From positions 1 through 29,705 of IMG/VR virus record IMGVR_UViG_3300017749_000080: 29,705 bases of DNA; one strand, written 5' to 3'. Origin of the DNA: a virus. Lineage: Duplodnaviria; Caudoviricetes. The first letter of the stretch is position 1, and every line of letters starts with the position of its first letter. The notes beneath the pieces are model-generated. The model searched no databases. It worked only from the letters and a program-made list of their open reading frames with translations, and was not told the origin of the DNA. The translations under genes were made by a program, and so were the position numbers. Shown here piece by piece: positions 16,660 to 25,955 of the stretch.

Positions 16660-17776
16660 TCAATTTTGGGATTCACCCAACTACACTAAAACAGTTCTTA
16701 TCATTCCTAACTATACACACTTTGGGAGTGATAAGAATATCAATGCCGATTCGTTTGTATTAGTAATGAGAGAGTTTATATCTAACTCTATGTTATATGA
16801 TGTTAGATTTATAATACCTTATCCAAGTGGTAACATACCAACATCCTTAGCTTCTCTACCAAATGTAGATTTAAGAGATATGGGTCCTTTATCTACATTC
16901 CCACAAACAATGAGAACACAATTCCCACAGAAGTTCTTTAAAAGAATATTAGGTGAAGAAACTATAAACTTAATATGGTCTCATCTACCCGAATGGACTA
17001 ATCAAGTTTTAATCAATAGAAGATACACACCATTTCAGCCTGTGATAGGTTACTCACATTGGTGGGAGATTAAAGATAATGGTGGTTATCAGTTTAATTC
17101 TTTTGTTGATAACATCAATGGTATTCTACAAATGGAAGTTTGTGGTGTTAACTCTCAATGGGTAAAAGATAAGGTGTTAGAGAGAGCCGGAGAGATATTC
17201 AATAAGGATATAATAGATAAGTTAAAGAAGATTATACAACCTTGGTATCTTGGTATGAATTCATTTGAGGATTACAAACAAAAGAATGATATACCTACGT
17301 TCTTATTTAACCATAGAATAAACGAATACACAGGCGGAGAATACTTCTTTAAGTTTATGGATACTATGTGGGATAAAGGATATAAGTTTCAAGTATATAC
17401 ATCCAACTCACAGATAGATAAACCTTATGTAGTATCTGCTAAAGCAGTAGATAGAGATGAGTATTTACAAAACATTAGTAAAGCTCACTTTGGTATAGGA
17501 ACATTCAAGAAATACTCTGCTTGGAGTATGAGTGCAACTGATGGGTTATCTGTAAACGTTCCTTATCTTTTACCGAAAGGATTATGTTATGAAGAAATGG
17601 TTGGTGAGAATTATCCTTACCTATATGATGATAGAAATCAATTTGAACAATGGATAGAAGAAATTCTAAAAGGCTCTTTTAAAGCAAAGAAAACAGATTT
17701 AGAAGGAATATCAGTAAACTTATCTTGGGATAGAGTATTACAAAATTGGGATGTAAAACAATATATTAATCTTTAG
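16652..17776 (+). CDS. GT-B fold glycosyltransferase (GT4-like)
   Basis: 374 aa with a two-Rossmann layout: LIWSHLPEW, GYSHWW, CGVNSQW, FLFNHR..YTG, and a donor-binding region SAWSMSATDGLSVNVPYLLP...YEEM. Confidence 0.75.
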   Translation: MSNQFWDSPNYTKTVLIIPNYTHFGSDKNINADSFVLVMREFISNSMLYDVRFIIPYPSGNIPTSLASLPNVDLRDMGPLSTFPQTMRTQFPQKFFKRILGEETINLIWSHLPEWTNQVLINRRYTPFQPVIGYSHWWEIKDNGGYQFNSFVDNINGILQMEVCGVNSQWVKDKVLERAGEIFNKDIIDKLKKIIQPWYLGMNSFEDYKQKNDIPTFLFNHRINEYTGGEYFFKFMDTMWDKGYKFQVYTSNSQIDKPYVVSAKAVDRDEYLQNISKAHFGIGTFKKYSAWSMSATDGLSVNVPYLLPKGLCYEEMVGENYPYLYDDRNQFEQWIEEILKGSFKAKKTDLEGISVNLSWDRVLQNWDVKQYINL

Positions 17777-18044
17777 GAATACAGTTAGGTACTTCTCTAC
17801 CATTCTTTATCTTTGTACCATATGCAATCCAACCTTCTTGGCAAGGATTAGGGTCTAATAAGTTTATTCTGTTTATCTTTGCGATTACTTTATCTGTTGT
17901 TGATTTCATAGTTTCTTTTCCTTCCCATATACTATAACATATGGCTGTTGCTTGTTCTTGTGATTTACCATACTCAGTTTCTATACCGATACATCTCGAT
18001 ATAAACTCTTTTTCCATCTCACCTGGTTTTATATTTACTGGCAT
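17766..18044 (-). CDS. Small Cys-containing head-associated hypothetical protein
   Basis: KPGE.EKEFISRCI...QA.AICYS.W and PCQEGW..YGTK.KNGREVPNCIP motifs. Confidence 0.72.
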   Translation of the reverse strand: MPVNIKPGEMEKEFISRCIGIETEYGKSQEQATAICYSIWEGKETMKSTTDKVIAKINRINLLDPNPCQEGWIAYGTKIKNGREVPNCIPKD

Positions 18045-18045
18045 A

Positions 18046-18369
18046 TTATCTAACGTAAAACGTTCTATCTTCGTTAATATCTGTTATCTTCTCTACGTTC
18101 TTCCAAACGATTGTTCTATATGCAGCTTTCTTAACATCAAATACAATCATGTATCCTTTAGCTTGATAGTTATATACTGCTCTACCACTTGGTCCATTTA
18201 CAGTATAAGCTTCTGAATAGTATCTATTTGCACCACTTAACTTCTTTGTATAAAGTTTATAAGGTTTAAACCAAGTCATAACTTTATCTTTAAGTTCAGA
18301 TAGTGAGATAAACTCTCTACTTCTAAACTCATATAGTTTACTGTTAGTTCTTTGGTGTGTATTATTCAT
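18046..18369 (-). CDS. Hypothetical protein, possible WYL-like/Sm-like SH3 barrel
   Basis: YN..AKGYMIVFDVKKAAYRTI...NV resembles the phage WYL_2-type barrel pattern. Confidence 0.55.
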   Translation of the reverse strand: MNNTHQRTNSKLYEFRSREFISLSELKDKVMTWFKPYKLYTKKLSGANRYYSEAYTVNGPSGRAVYNYQAKGYMIVFDVKKAAYRTIVWKNVEKITDINEDRTFYVR

Positions 18370-18530
18370 TTCTTATTTATCTTATTCCAAACCCATTTAC
18401 CAATCATACCACCGAAACCACCAATGATTCCTAATAGTAAAGCCATACCCATTTCAAATAGTGGCATTGTCCATATTGATGTGAGTGTAAACCCACTAAT
18501 CCATGATATCTTATTATCCATGTTATTCAT
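18366..18530 (-). CDS. Putative holin (small membrane protein)
   Basis: About 54 aa with two hydrophobic segments and a basic C-terminus (KWVWNKINKK). Likely start 18530 or 18521. Confidence 0.55.
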   Translation of the reverse strand: MNNMDNKISWISGFTLTSIWTMPLFEMGMALLLGIIGGFGGMIGKWVWNKINKK

Positions 18531-19713
18531 TTTCTGGATGTTTGAGACATGGCATCCAATATGTGTTACCATCATCTGCTTTATGTTCATGTGAACCTTG
18601 ACATCCAATTAGAGTAGCATATTGTTCAGCCATCTCTTTTTCAGGAAATAAAATCCTTCTTGGATAATCTAACTCTTCTTTCTTTGTTGCGTATCCTGTC
18701 TCTATTGCTTCTGATATAGAACCACTAGCAACCTCACCAGGATATGTAGATGTTACTGATGGTTGTTCTAAAGAGTTCTCTTCCAACAAACCTAATTCTC
18801 TTAACTTGTTTCTTGACCAACTCAACGCCGATTTCCCACCCCATAACAGATATGAGATAGTTCCACATTCGGTTGTTGTACTCGGGTCGTAGTAAGTTTC
18901 TGCACGAGATAAATAACTGTGCATTCTTTTGATAGTTTCAACAGAGATAGGTTCTCCCTTTGCCAATTGCTGCGCTCTAACCTTGCCCACCTGTGTGCCG
19001 CACTTGTTGTTTTGTTTCTCGTTTAGTTCAATACCTCTCTTAGCATTGTTCTTTATAGATTGTCCATAATCTGAGTAAGATTCCATATCTACTCTCTTAT
19101 TATCTGAGTATCTGTTATCTTCTTTGATTAAAGCACGTATCTTGTTAAGTAAGTACTCTGCTTCCTCTTCCTGAATGGATAGGAGTTCTTCTCTTGAAGC
19201 TTTAACTAAATCATGTGTAAACAGTCCTTCAATACTAAATCCCTTCACAGAGCCACTCTTAACGTATTCTTCCCATATCTCATCATTGTTAACTTTAAAC
19301 ATACCTACCCAAGAACCAACTGGTAAATTTAAACCTAAACCATTTGATTTATCTAACTTAGTTGTTTTAATCCATGATTCAACAAGTGATACATTTTCAA
19401 CATCACTATTGTGTTCAAGGGTTGTTTTGTTTGTATATCTTCTTTTTAGATAGTTTTGGGCTAGTTTCTCTACCGTCTCGGGTGAGAAGAATACCTCATA
19501 AGGTTTACCCTCTCCATCTATACGAAGAATCTTTTTGTTTGGAATCAATACAGGTCCTGCTACGATTCTCTTTTCGTTATCTATTTTTTGAAATTGAACT
19601 TTCTCTTTATCAAAGAATACAAAGTTACTTTCTATCGCTGGTTCAGAAACCAAACTAATAGCAAAAACTTCATCTAAAAGTTCATCATCAATTTTTAATT
19701 CAAATAGTTCCAT
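18523..19713 (-). CDS. Prohead protease, XkdF-like, with C-terminal accessory domains
   Basis: AISLVSEPAIE, EKRIVAGPVLIP, TTLEH, VESW, PVGSW and VKGFSIEG, then an NAKRG..KCGTQVGK.RA domain and a GCQGSHEH...WMPC..H tail. Confidence 0.85.
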   Translation of the reverse strand: MELFELKIDDELLDEVFAISLVSEPAIESNFVFFDKEKVQFQKIDNEKRIVAGPVLIPNKKILRIDGEGKPYEVFFSPETVEKLAQNYLKRRYTNKTTLEHNSDVENVSLVESWIKTTKLDKSNGLGLNLPVGSWVGMFKVNNDEIWEEYVKSGSVKGFSIEGLFTHDLVKASREELLSIQEEEAEYLLNKIRALIKEDNRYSDNKRVDMESYSDYGQSIKNNAKRGIELNEKQNNKCGTQVGKVRAQQLAKGEPISVETIKRMHSYLSRAETYYDPSTTTECGTISYLLWGGKSALSWSRNKLRELGLLEENSLEQPSVTSTYPGEVASGSISEAIETGYATKKEELDYPRRILFPEKEMAEQYATLIGCQGSHEHKADDGNTYWMPCLKHPENE

Positions 19714-19718
19714 ATCTT

Positions 19719-19742
19719 ATTAACAATCTTTTGTTCATTTAT
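19719..19742 (-). promoter_or_regulatory. Putative phage late promoter variant ATA-N13-TTGTTAAT
   Basis: Same spacing, 5 nt upstream of the protease ATG. Confidence 0.55.
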
Positions 19743-21532
19743 AGTGTTGATGCTGCTGTTGTTCTTCTATCAAATGCTTGTTTAGATGAGATATCAGATG
19801 ATACAACATATGCTCTAATTGGTCTTTGTGTTGCAGCTGCAATAGATTCACCTATCTGTGCTCCTGTATTTGCTCCATCAGGTAACGTTTGTATTGATGG
19901 TGCTTGGAATGATGTTGTAGGTGCCGTTGGTGCTACAAATGTAGAATCTCCTCCACCACCTGCTGATATCGAACCTCCACCTGGTTTAGGTATTGGTGGT
20001 ATCTTTTGTTTTCTAATTGCGTTTACTTGTAATAAACCTGCAGCAATTACAGTACCTGCAGCAATTGCACCGAATGGTGGTGGGTATGTTGCAAGTGCTT
20101 TAGTAGCACCAATGTATGTATTGATTAGGGCTTGTGATATTGCTAAGGCTTTACCTGCTACTGTTTCTTTACCAACTGCTTCTGCTATCTGACCAAGTGC
20201 ATCAGATATAATAGCGAGTTTGGTTTCTTGTTGCATTCTCTCTATTTGTATTCTTGCTGCGGCAGTTTGTTTATCAAATGCAACTAAAGCTTGTGCTGAT
20301 GCTTGTTGAGCTACCATTGATTGTCTTTCTAATTGACGAGTTTGGTCAAATAGATTAAGTTCATCTTGGAAGGTAGCCTGATTAGTAGCAACCTTTAAAT
20401 CATATTCTGCAAATAAAGAATTAGCATCTTCTTGTCTTTGTATCTCTTCTGCTTCTGCTATCTTAGCTAATCTATCTAACTCTTCTTGTGTAGCAGTATC
20501 TTTTAACTCTTTCTCTTTAGCTAACTTTGCTTCTGTTTGAGCAATTGCTGCATCATCATACTTCTTATTTATTTCTGCTAAAGATATTCTGTATTGTTCT
20601 TCGAATGATGTTAAATCTTCTATACCAGCTTCTTTTAATGTCTTTAACTCTTTTTGGTATTCTCTTTCTCTTAACAGAAGTTCTCTTGCTCTATCATCCA
20701 TTAGTGCAAGTTCAGCATCATCTATAATCTTTTGAGCTTCTGCTATAAGTGCTGCTCTTTCTTTTGCTGCTTGTTCTAATATTTTCTTTCTTTCTTCTGC
20801 TTCTCTCTTCTCTTCATCTATTCTTTTCTGAGTTTCTTCTTCTTGTTTCTTAGTTGCTTCAGCTTGTCTAGCTTGTTCTTCATCAAACGCTTTCTGAAGT
20901 GATTCAGAACTAGCACGAGATGCTTCATCAATCTTATTTTGTGCAATACCTAAGAACTTAGCAAACTTGTTAAATCCTTCTGCAACATACTCTAATAACT
21001 CAGCAAACTTTTCAAATATAGGTAAGGCAACGGCTTCGATTAGTGCAAAGACAGGTCCCATTATCTTACCGAATGCCTCACCCATTCTGTTAAGAACCTC
21101 TTGCCCTTCTGCTGTTTTACTTAAGGATTCTTTAAATGCAAGGAATAAACCTGCTAATAAAGTTACTACTGCAATTATTGGGTTAGCTGCTAGTACTTTT
21201 AAACCACCATCTAATCCTTTTAAAGAACCACCAACAAGTCCAACGATACCTGGCTGTTCTGCTAAAGCATCAGAGAACCTACGAGATTGTATCTCTGTAT
21301 CTTCAAATTGTCTTTCTAATCCGTTAAGTTCTTTTCTTAATCTTTTGAACTCAACCTTATCGCCATCTAATTTTGCTTTCTGTAATGCTTTACGTGTCTT
21401 AGATATAGTTTCTTCAAAATCAACAAATCCTTCGATGGTATCATCTAATGATTGATTTAATTTATCTAAAGAATCAGTACCTTTAGTATCAACATCAACA
21501 ACCGCTCTGTATGTAGTAGTATTGTCTGCCAT
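19739..21532 (-). CDS. Tape measure protein
   Basis: 597 aa, helical and A/E/K-rich, with hydrophobic ANPIIAVVTLLAGL and KALAISQALINTY.GATKAL segments and a C-terminal PIRAYVVSSDIS. Confidence 0.82.
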   Translation of the reverse strand: MADNTTTYRAVVDVDTKGTDSLDKLNQSLDDTIEGFVDFEETISKTRKALQKAKLDGDKVEFKRLRKELNGLERQFEDTEIQSRRFSDALAEQPGIVGLVGGSLKGLDGGLKVLAANPIIAVVTLLAGLFLAFKESLSKTAEGQEVLNRMGEAFGKIMGPVFALIEAVALPIFEKFAELLEYVAEGFNKFAKFLGIAQNKIDEASRASSESLQKAFDEEQARQAEATKKQEEETQKRIDEEKREAEERKKILEQAAKERAALIAEAQKIIDDAELALMDDRARELLLREREYQKELKTLKEAGIEDLTSFEEQYRISLAEINKKYDDAAIAQTEAKLAKEKELKDTATQEELDRLAKIAEAEEIQRQEDANSLFAEYDLKVATNQATFQDELNLFDQTRQLERQSMVAQQASAQALVAFDKQTAAARIQIERMQQETKLAIISDALGQIAEAVGKETVAGKALAISQALINTYIGATKALATYPPPFGAIAAGTVIAAGLLQVNAIRKQKIPPIPKPGGGSISAGGGGDSTFVAPTAPTTSFQAPSIQTLPDGANTGAQIGESIAAATQRPIRAYVVSSDISSKQAFDRRTTAASTL

Positions 21533-21666
21533 TATAATCTCTTAAATAGATTTTTAACTTCACTCCAATCGTGTGGTATCTGATACTTACCTTTAGCAGT
21601 ATCCACATCTTTTGAAAGTGAATATAAATCATTCATTTTTAATAAGTCAATTATGTTCTTTATCAT
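21532..21666 (-). CDS. Small protein upstream of the tape measure (44 aa)
   Basis: Hand translation MIKNIIDLLKMNDLYSLSKDVDTAKGKYQIPHDWSEVKNLFKRL; TAATG-coupled to the tape measure gene. Confidence 0.72.
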   Translation of the reverse strand: MIKNIIDLLKMNDLYSLSKDVDTAKGKYQIPHDWSEVKNLFKRL

Positions 21667-21671
21667 AACTT

Positions 21672-21695
21672 TATAACAATTTTAATCTAAACTAT
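21672..21695 (-). promoter_or_regulatory. Putative phage late promoter ATA-N13-TTGTTATA
   Basis: Exact motif 5 nt upstream of the ATG at 21666. Confidence 0.68.
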
Positions 21696-22203
21696 CCTTT
21701 ATGATTGGACCTAATAACTCTAACTTACAATCACCTGTTTTTAAATTGTAATCATTTATTGCTCTTAAATGAAAGTGTGAACCTTTAAATAGAACAATAT
21801 CATTTAATTTAAAATCCGTATATAAAGCAAACGGTAAGTTTGCTTGACACTCTATAAATCTAGTCTTAGGATTATATAGTAACTCTATATAAGTTTGCCA
21901 ATATTCTGTGTATAATGTATTTGTTGGTAATGTACCATATGCTGTTTCTTCGTTAAAGAACAATAAAGAATCAGAACCTTCATCAGGTGTCTCATCTGTT
22001 GAACCACTACTGTAATGGTCAAAGTAAGGAAATTCACCTGGCCTATTATATGATGTAGAGAATCTACTTGAATCCATACTCGCAAATACAGGTGAAGGGT
22101 CTATTGTTTTTAACCCATTATAATAAAATACACGAGGATTTATAACCGCAGGGTCAAAGTTCTCGTTTGCTATAAAAGTTGGTATGTATAATCCTTGTGC
22201 CAT
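21682..22203 (-). CDS. Tail tip/hub protein, C-terminal module
   Basis: PRVFYYNG, LYTEYW.TYI..LYNPKTR and FKLNDIV...INDYNL.TG...LELL; looks like the C-terminal third of a tail hub protein. Confidence 0.7.
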   Translation of the reverse strand: MAQGLYIPTFIANENFDPAVINPRVFYYNGLKTIDPSPVFASMDSSRFSTSYNRPGEFPYFDHYSSGSTDETPDEGSDSLLFFNEETAYGTLPTNTLYTEYWQTYIELLYNPKTRFIECQANLPFALYTDFKLNDIVLFKGSHFHLRAINDYNLKTGDCKLELLGPIIKDSLD

Positions 22204-22207
22204 AATT

Positions 22208-24163
22208 CTAACAGGGTGAACTCACCCCTTGTATTTGTCCTGTTGATGTGTTTAATATCCAAATCTGTCCATTTGTATCATCTCTAACTAAGAAGTAATA
22301 TCTTAGAGGTAACGTAAGATTTATATCCCAATACAGTACATCACCTAACGCTAAATATCCTCTACTAGAAGCAATGTAAGCAGTACCTGCGAATCTATCT
22401 GAACTACATATAGAGAATCTGTTGTTGTTATAAGTAATAATTTGTGCGTATCCTAAAGTAGAACCAGTACCAGTACCACCTGTACCGTCTATATATCGTA
22501 AAGGACCTGAAGAAAATACAGATGTTACATCTATCTTACCTTGTGAGAATTGATTCTCTGAATCTCTAAAGATACTAGCTCCATACTTTCTTTGGTTTGT
22601 ATCATTAAAGTTTCTTGCAAGATAATCTTTACCAAGTGTATCAGTAAACTCTAACTCATTGACTGCTAATGTGTTAGCAGGAGATACTGCTATATTCTCA
22701 TCCATCTTAATGAATTGAGTTAAATCTTTAACATCACCAGCCTTATACCAATCGTTGAATGTTTCTATTTCAAACTGATTTACGTTTACCTTTGATGGTG
22801 TAATAACAAGATTAAACTTCTTTTGTAATCCTTTAATAAAATCCAAGCAAGTTATACCATTTTCACCAAAAGGCATATTCTGTGGAATTTCCATGATTCT
22901 GTTATCAGCTGCAAATCGTAATTCTTCTACTTTTATTTCTGATTCTGTATTGCCATCCTTTGCTATCGTTATATTAAAATCACCTGAACCTGTAATACTA
23001 TATCTTGCTTTAAACTCATAATCTCCTTCTTTCATAGTTGTAGCAGCTTCACTTACCCATGTTTCTTGTAAGGTATAAGATTTTTCTCCTATCGCTTGTA
23101 ATTGTGAATACGTTTCTCTTAGGTATTTATTGATTTCATCTACCTCCATTCCATAGGTACTACTACCACTAACAAGAGCAATATCTAATTGTGGATGTCC
23201 AATAGAGCCTGTTGATGAACCCGATATAAACATCTGTAATTTAATCGTACCGCTAAGTATATCTTTTTGAGCTAACTGATACACAGAACCACTAGCCATT
23301 GTAAATGATGGGTCTGATTCTATGTTATCAAATTCTAATTGTGTATAGGTAGATGTATTAAGTACTATATCAGATGTTGAACCAGAAGTAGGTTTGATTG
23401 CAACCTTACCATAGTTTTCTAAATCTACATCATCAAAGATAGGATATTGTTTACCTCTATCACAAAGCATGTAGAAGTTATCAAATTGAGATTGTTCAAA
23501 GAATGTACTTGTGTAGGTATAACCAAATTCTTCGAATATCTTATCTAATACTTTTACTACTCTAATAGCAGGTTTAAAATCTTGTGTACTTATACTTCCA
23601 TTTCTTGTATCTATACCATATTGACCAGGCTCTGCAGCTGATTGATAAAAGAATCCTTTACCATAATCTGCAAGTGGATATACAATATCACCATTGAATA
23701 AGTTTTTATCCCACGAATCACTAACGTTAGCATAAGATGCAGTGTGATTGTATATATCTAAACCACCAATATCTGTTAATAAGTTTGCTTGTAAATCTCT
23801 TGAGAAATCTGAAAGAGAACCATACAAAGATATATCATATGAATCTACTTGATTGTTAACTGTATTAACAGAATTTAATTGTAGATATCCTTGTACAAGT
23901 AGATATCCACTTATCTCAATGTAACACTCTACTTTTGTTGATTCTTGAAACAAGAAAGGTGTATCAATGTTAATATCGTATGCGTGTTGAAAGAAATCAT
24001 TATTTTTCTTAGAGCCAGGTAAACTTAAATCTCTTGTAAAATCAGATGGTAACTTATCTATATCAAACAAACCAGTTGCATTATTAGATACAAGAACTTC
24101 TTCATCCTTAAAAGTATCTAACTCTACTCCATTTGCTATTACTCTAAAAAAATAGTTTGTCAT
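22208..24163 (-). CDS. Tail tip/hub protein, N-terminal module
   Basis: LDTF.DE, DFTR...LPGSKKNN..F, YPLADYG, DFKPAI and DFIKGLQKKFNLV motifs typical of siphovirus tail proteins. Confidence 0.75.
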   Translation of the reverse strand: MTNYFFRVIANGVELDTFKDEEVLVSNNATGLFDIDKLPSDFTRDLSLPGSKKNNDFFQHAYDINIDTPFLFQESTKVECYIEISGYLLVQGYLQLNSVNTVNNQVDSYDISLYGSLSDFSRDLQANLLTDIGGLDIYNHTASYANVSDSWDKNLFNGDIVYPLADYGKGFFYQSAAEPGQYGIDTRNGSISTQDFKPAIRVVKVLDKIFEEFGYTYTSTFFEQSQFDNFYMLCDRGKQYPIFDDVDLENYGKVAIKPTSGSTSDIVLNTSTYTQLEFDNIESDPSFTMASGSVYQLAQKDILSGTIKLQMFISGSSTGSIGHPQLDIALVSGSSTYGMEVDEINKYLRETYSQLQAIGEKSYTLQETWVSEAATTMKEGDYEFKARYSITGSGDFNITIAKDGNTESEIKVEELRFAADNRIMEIPQNMPFGENGITCLDFIKGLQKKFNLVITPSKVNVNQFEIETFNDWYKAGDVKDLTQFIKMDENIAVSPANTLAVNELEFTDTLGKDYLARNFNDTNQRKYGASIFRDSENQFSQGKIDVTSVFSSGPLRYIDGTGGTGTGSTLGYAQIITYNNNRFSICSSDRFAGTAYIASSRGYLALGDVLYWDINLTLPLRYYFLVRDDTNGQIWILNTSTGQIQGVSSPC

Positions 24164-25461
24164 TACAAGGTTAATTTATAAGGTGTTGAGAATCTAAAAT
24201 CGAACGTATATTGTATTAACTTATCAACAACGCCTGTTTTAAATTGTACTGTGTTGTTTGTTAATACAAGTGGTAAGAAGGTTGCTAATAAACCATCTTC
24301 AAACTGTTCTTCTTCTGGCTTCGCAGTTACCAAATAAATTTCATCTGAAACTAACATACCTTTGAAGAAATCATTAAAAGATTCATCAATATAATCTGTA
24401 TTAACTGTTATACTTTCTGCTCCTTCTGTATAATATAGTTTATCTCCTTTAAATGTATCGTATGTTGAAAATAGTGGTGTTTCTAATGCGTTCTGTTTAT
24501 AAGATTTAACATTAGTAGAGAATGCTTTCCTACTAGCTAAGCCAAATTCAAATTGTTCGAATGCACCATATCTGTTTTTAAATACAATCCTTACAGGTGG
24601 ATACTTCTTTTTACATTCACCTATACTCATAGCTAATCTATTACCGATTGGATTTGTAGCAGAATCTGTTACTTGAATTGTAATAATATCTGCTCCCTCT
24701 GCTGACATAGTTGCAAACATATGAGGTTCAATCATTGTTTCTGTAACAATAGCTGAAGATGTTGTATATGAGTTAGTAGTATCTAATACTAAAGTAAAGC
24801 CAGTAGCTGCAGGAGTTACATCTGAACGTATCTCTGCGTAGTAAGCTTGGCCTTGTGTACTATTATCTTTTAAGTTGTATGTAGAAAAGTAATAAGGTAT
24901 ATCAGTACTAATTAAACTTTGTGTTGCATCATTAGGCATTGAACTAAGTATAGGATATTGTTGTACTGATTCACTAAATGGTGTAGTAGATGTTAAACCT
25001 TCATTACCTGTTCTTTCTCCCCATAGGTTATATCCATTCAATGCAACGAAGTTATCCCAACCACTTACACTTTGATGTGATGTAGTTACGAACAACTGTG
25101 TAGTTGTATCTAAGTACTTACCATAGAACTCTGCTGTAAACCACCTTGGTGATGTTATAGGAGTAAGAAATGTACCTTGGTATATATCAGCTAATGATGC
25201 TGACATTTGTGATGATAGTATTGGTGATAAATCAAATATAGTACCTGGTTGATTCTGATAATCAGAGACAGGAAACTTATTGAATACATAAGAAGGTGAA
25301 GAAGGTTTATCTGTTACGATATCTCCTTGCCAACTATATAAATCACAAACCATCTGATAAGATGAACTTGTAGTAGCATCAGTTGTATCTTGTATCTGAA
25401 ACATAACTGGCGATTCAGTTAGTGATGCTGTTGCTGGATGATTGAGTATTGTTACCGGCAT
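24163..25461 (-). CDS. Tail protein (distal tail-like)
   Basis: 432 aa with C-terminal ECKKKYPP.RIVFKNRYGAFEQF, ITVNTDYI and KLIQYTFDF; TAATG-coupled to the hub gene. Confidence 0.72.
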   Translation of the reverse strand: MPVTILNHPATASLTESPVMFQIQDTTDATTSSSYQMVCDLYSWQGDIVTDKPSSPSYVFNKFPVSDYQNQPGTIFDLSPILSSQMSASLADIYQGTFLTPITSPRWFTAEFYGKYLDTTTQLFVTTSHQSVSGWDNFVALNGYNLWGERTGNEGLTSTTPFSESVQQYPILSSMPNDATQSLISTDIPYYFSTYNLKDNSTQGQAYYAEIRSDVTPAATGFTLVLDTTNSYTTSSAIVTETMIEPHMFATMSAEGADIITIQVTDSATNPIGNRLAMSIGECKKKYPPVRIVFKNRYGAFEQFEFGLASRKAFSTNVKSYKQNALETPLFSTYDTFKGDKLYYTEGAESITVNTDYIDESFNDFFKGMLVSDEIYLVTAKPEEEQFEDGLLATFLPLVLTNNTVQFKTGVVDKLIQYTFDFRFSTPYKLTL

Positions 25462-25484
25462 GGGTTATATCTTGTTTTTATACA

Positions 25485-25508
25485 TATAACCAATAAAGTT
25501 AGAAATGT
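25485..25508 (-). promoter_or_regulatory. Putative phage late promoter variant ACA-N13-TGGTTATA
   Basis: Same spacing, 24 nt upstream of the ATG at 25461. Confidence 0.55.
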
Positions 25509-25511
25509 ATG

Positions 25512-25955
25512 TTATGTAGTATCTACCTTAACACCTACCTTTTCCATCTCCTCATCTATGTTTGAAAAGAATGCATCTAACTTACCAGCAACTACGTTTG
25601 TATTTATATATCCATCTAATGCAGCTTTAAACTCAGGTGATTCTGCAGCAATCTCTGCAAAGGGTCTCTTCTTCATCTTCCATGTACCATTGTGTACATA
25701 CTTACCGTATTCTGCACCTCTTGGAGCTACATCAAAAGAGAATACTATCTTATCTGTTTTTTTATCTTTTTTAAAGATATTAGATATTCTGTTAGAAGAT
25801 GCAATATTAGAAAATAAGTTACCAGTTTTGTATGCTTTAGAAGAACCAGTCTTATATTGTTTATAAGGTACACCAGGGTTTATAGCTTGTAATGATTTAT
25901 CTTTATAAACCTTTGCTACATCCTTTAATGATTTTTGTTTACCTCGTATTGCCAT
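25512..25955 (-). CDS. Tail completion protein, HK97 gp10-like
   Basis: Basic, with KTGNL...I and AEYGKYVHNGTWKMKKRPF motifs. Confidence 0.72.
   Translation of the reverse strand: MAIRGKQKSLKDVAKVYKDKSLQAINPGVPYKQYKTGSSKAYKTGNLFSNIASSNRISNIFKKDKKTDKIVFSFDVAPRGAEYGKYVHNGTWKMKKRPFAEIAAESPEFKAALDGYINTNVVAGKLDAFFSNIDEEMEKVGVKVDTT

Noticed and set aside
18521-18530. Met-Asn-Asn-Met as a holin/antiholin dual start
   Set aside because: There is no basic residue between the two Mets as in lambda S, and the holin call itself is tentative.
24146-24152. In-frame T TTT TTT near the hub gene start
   Set aside because: A -1 slip hits TAG immediately and there is no downstream structure; likely chance in AT-rich DNA.
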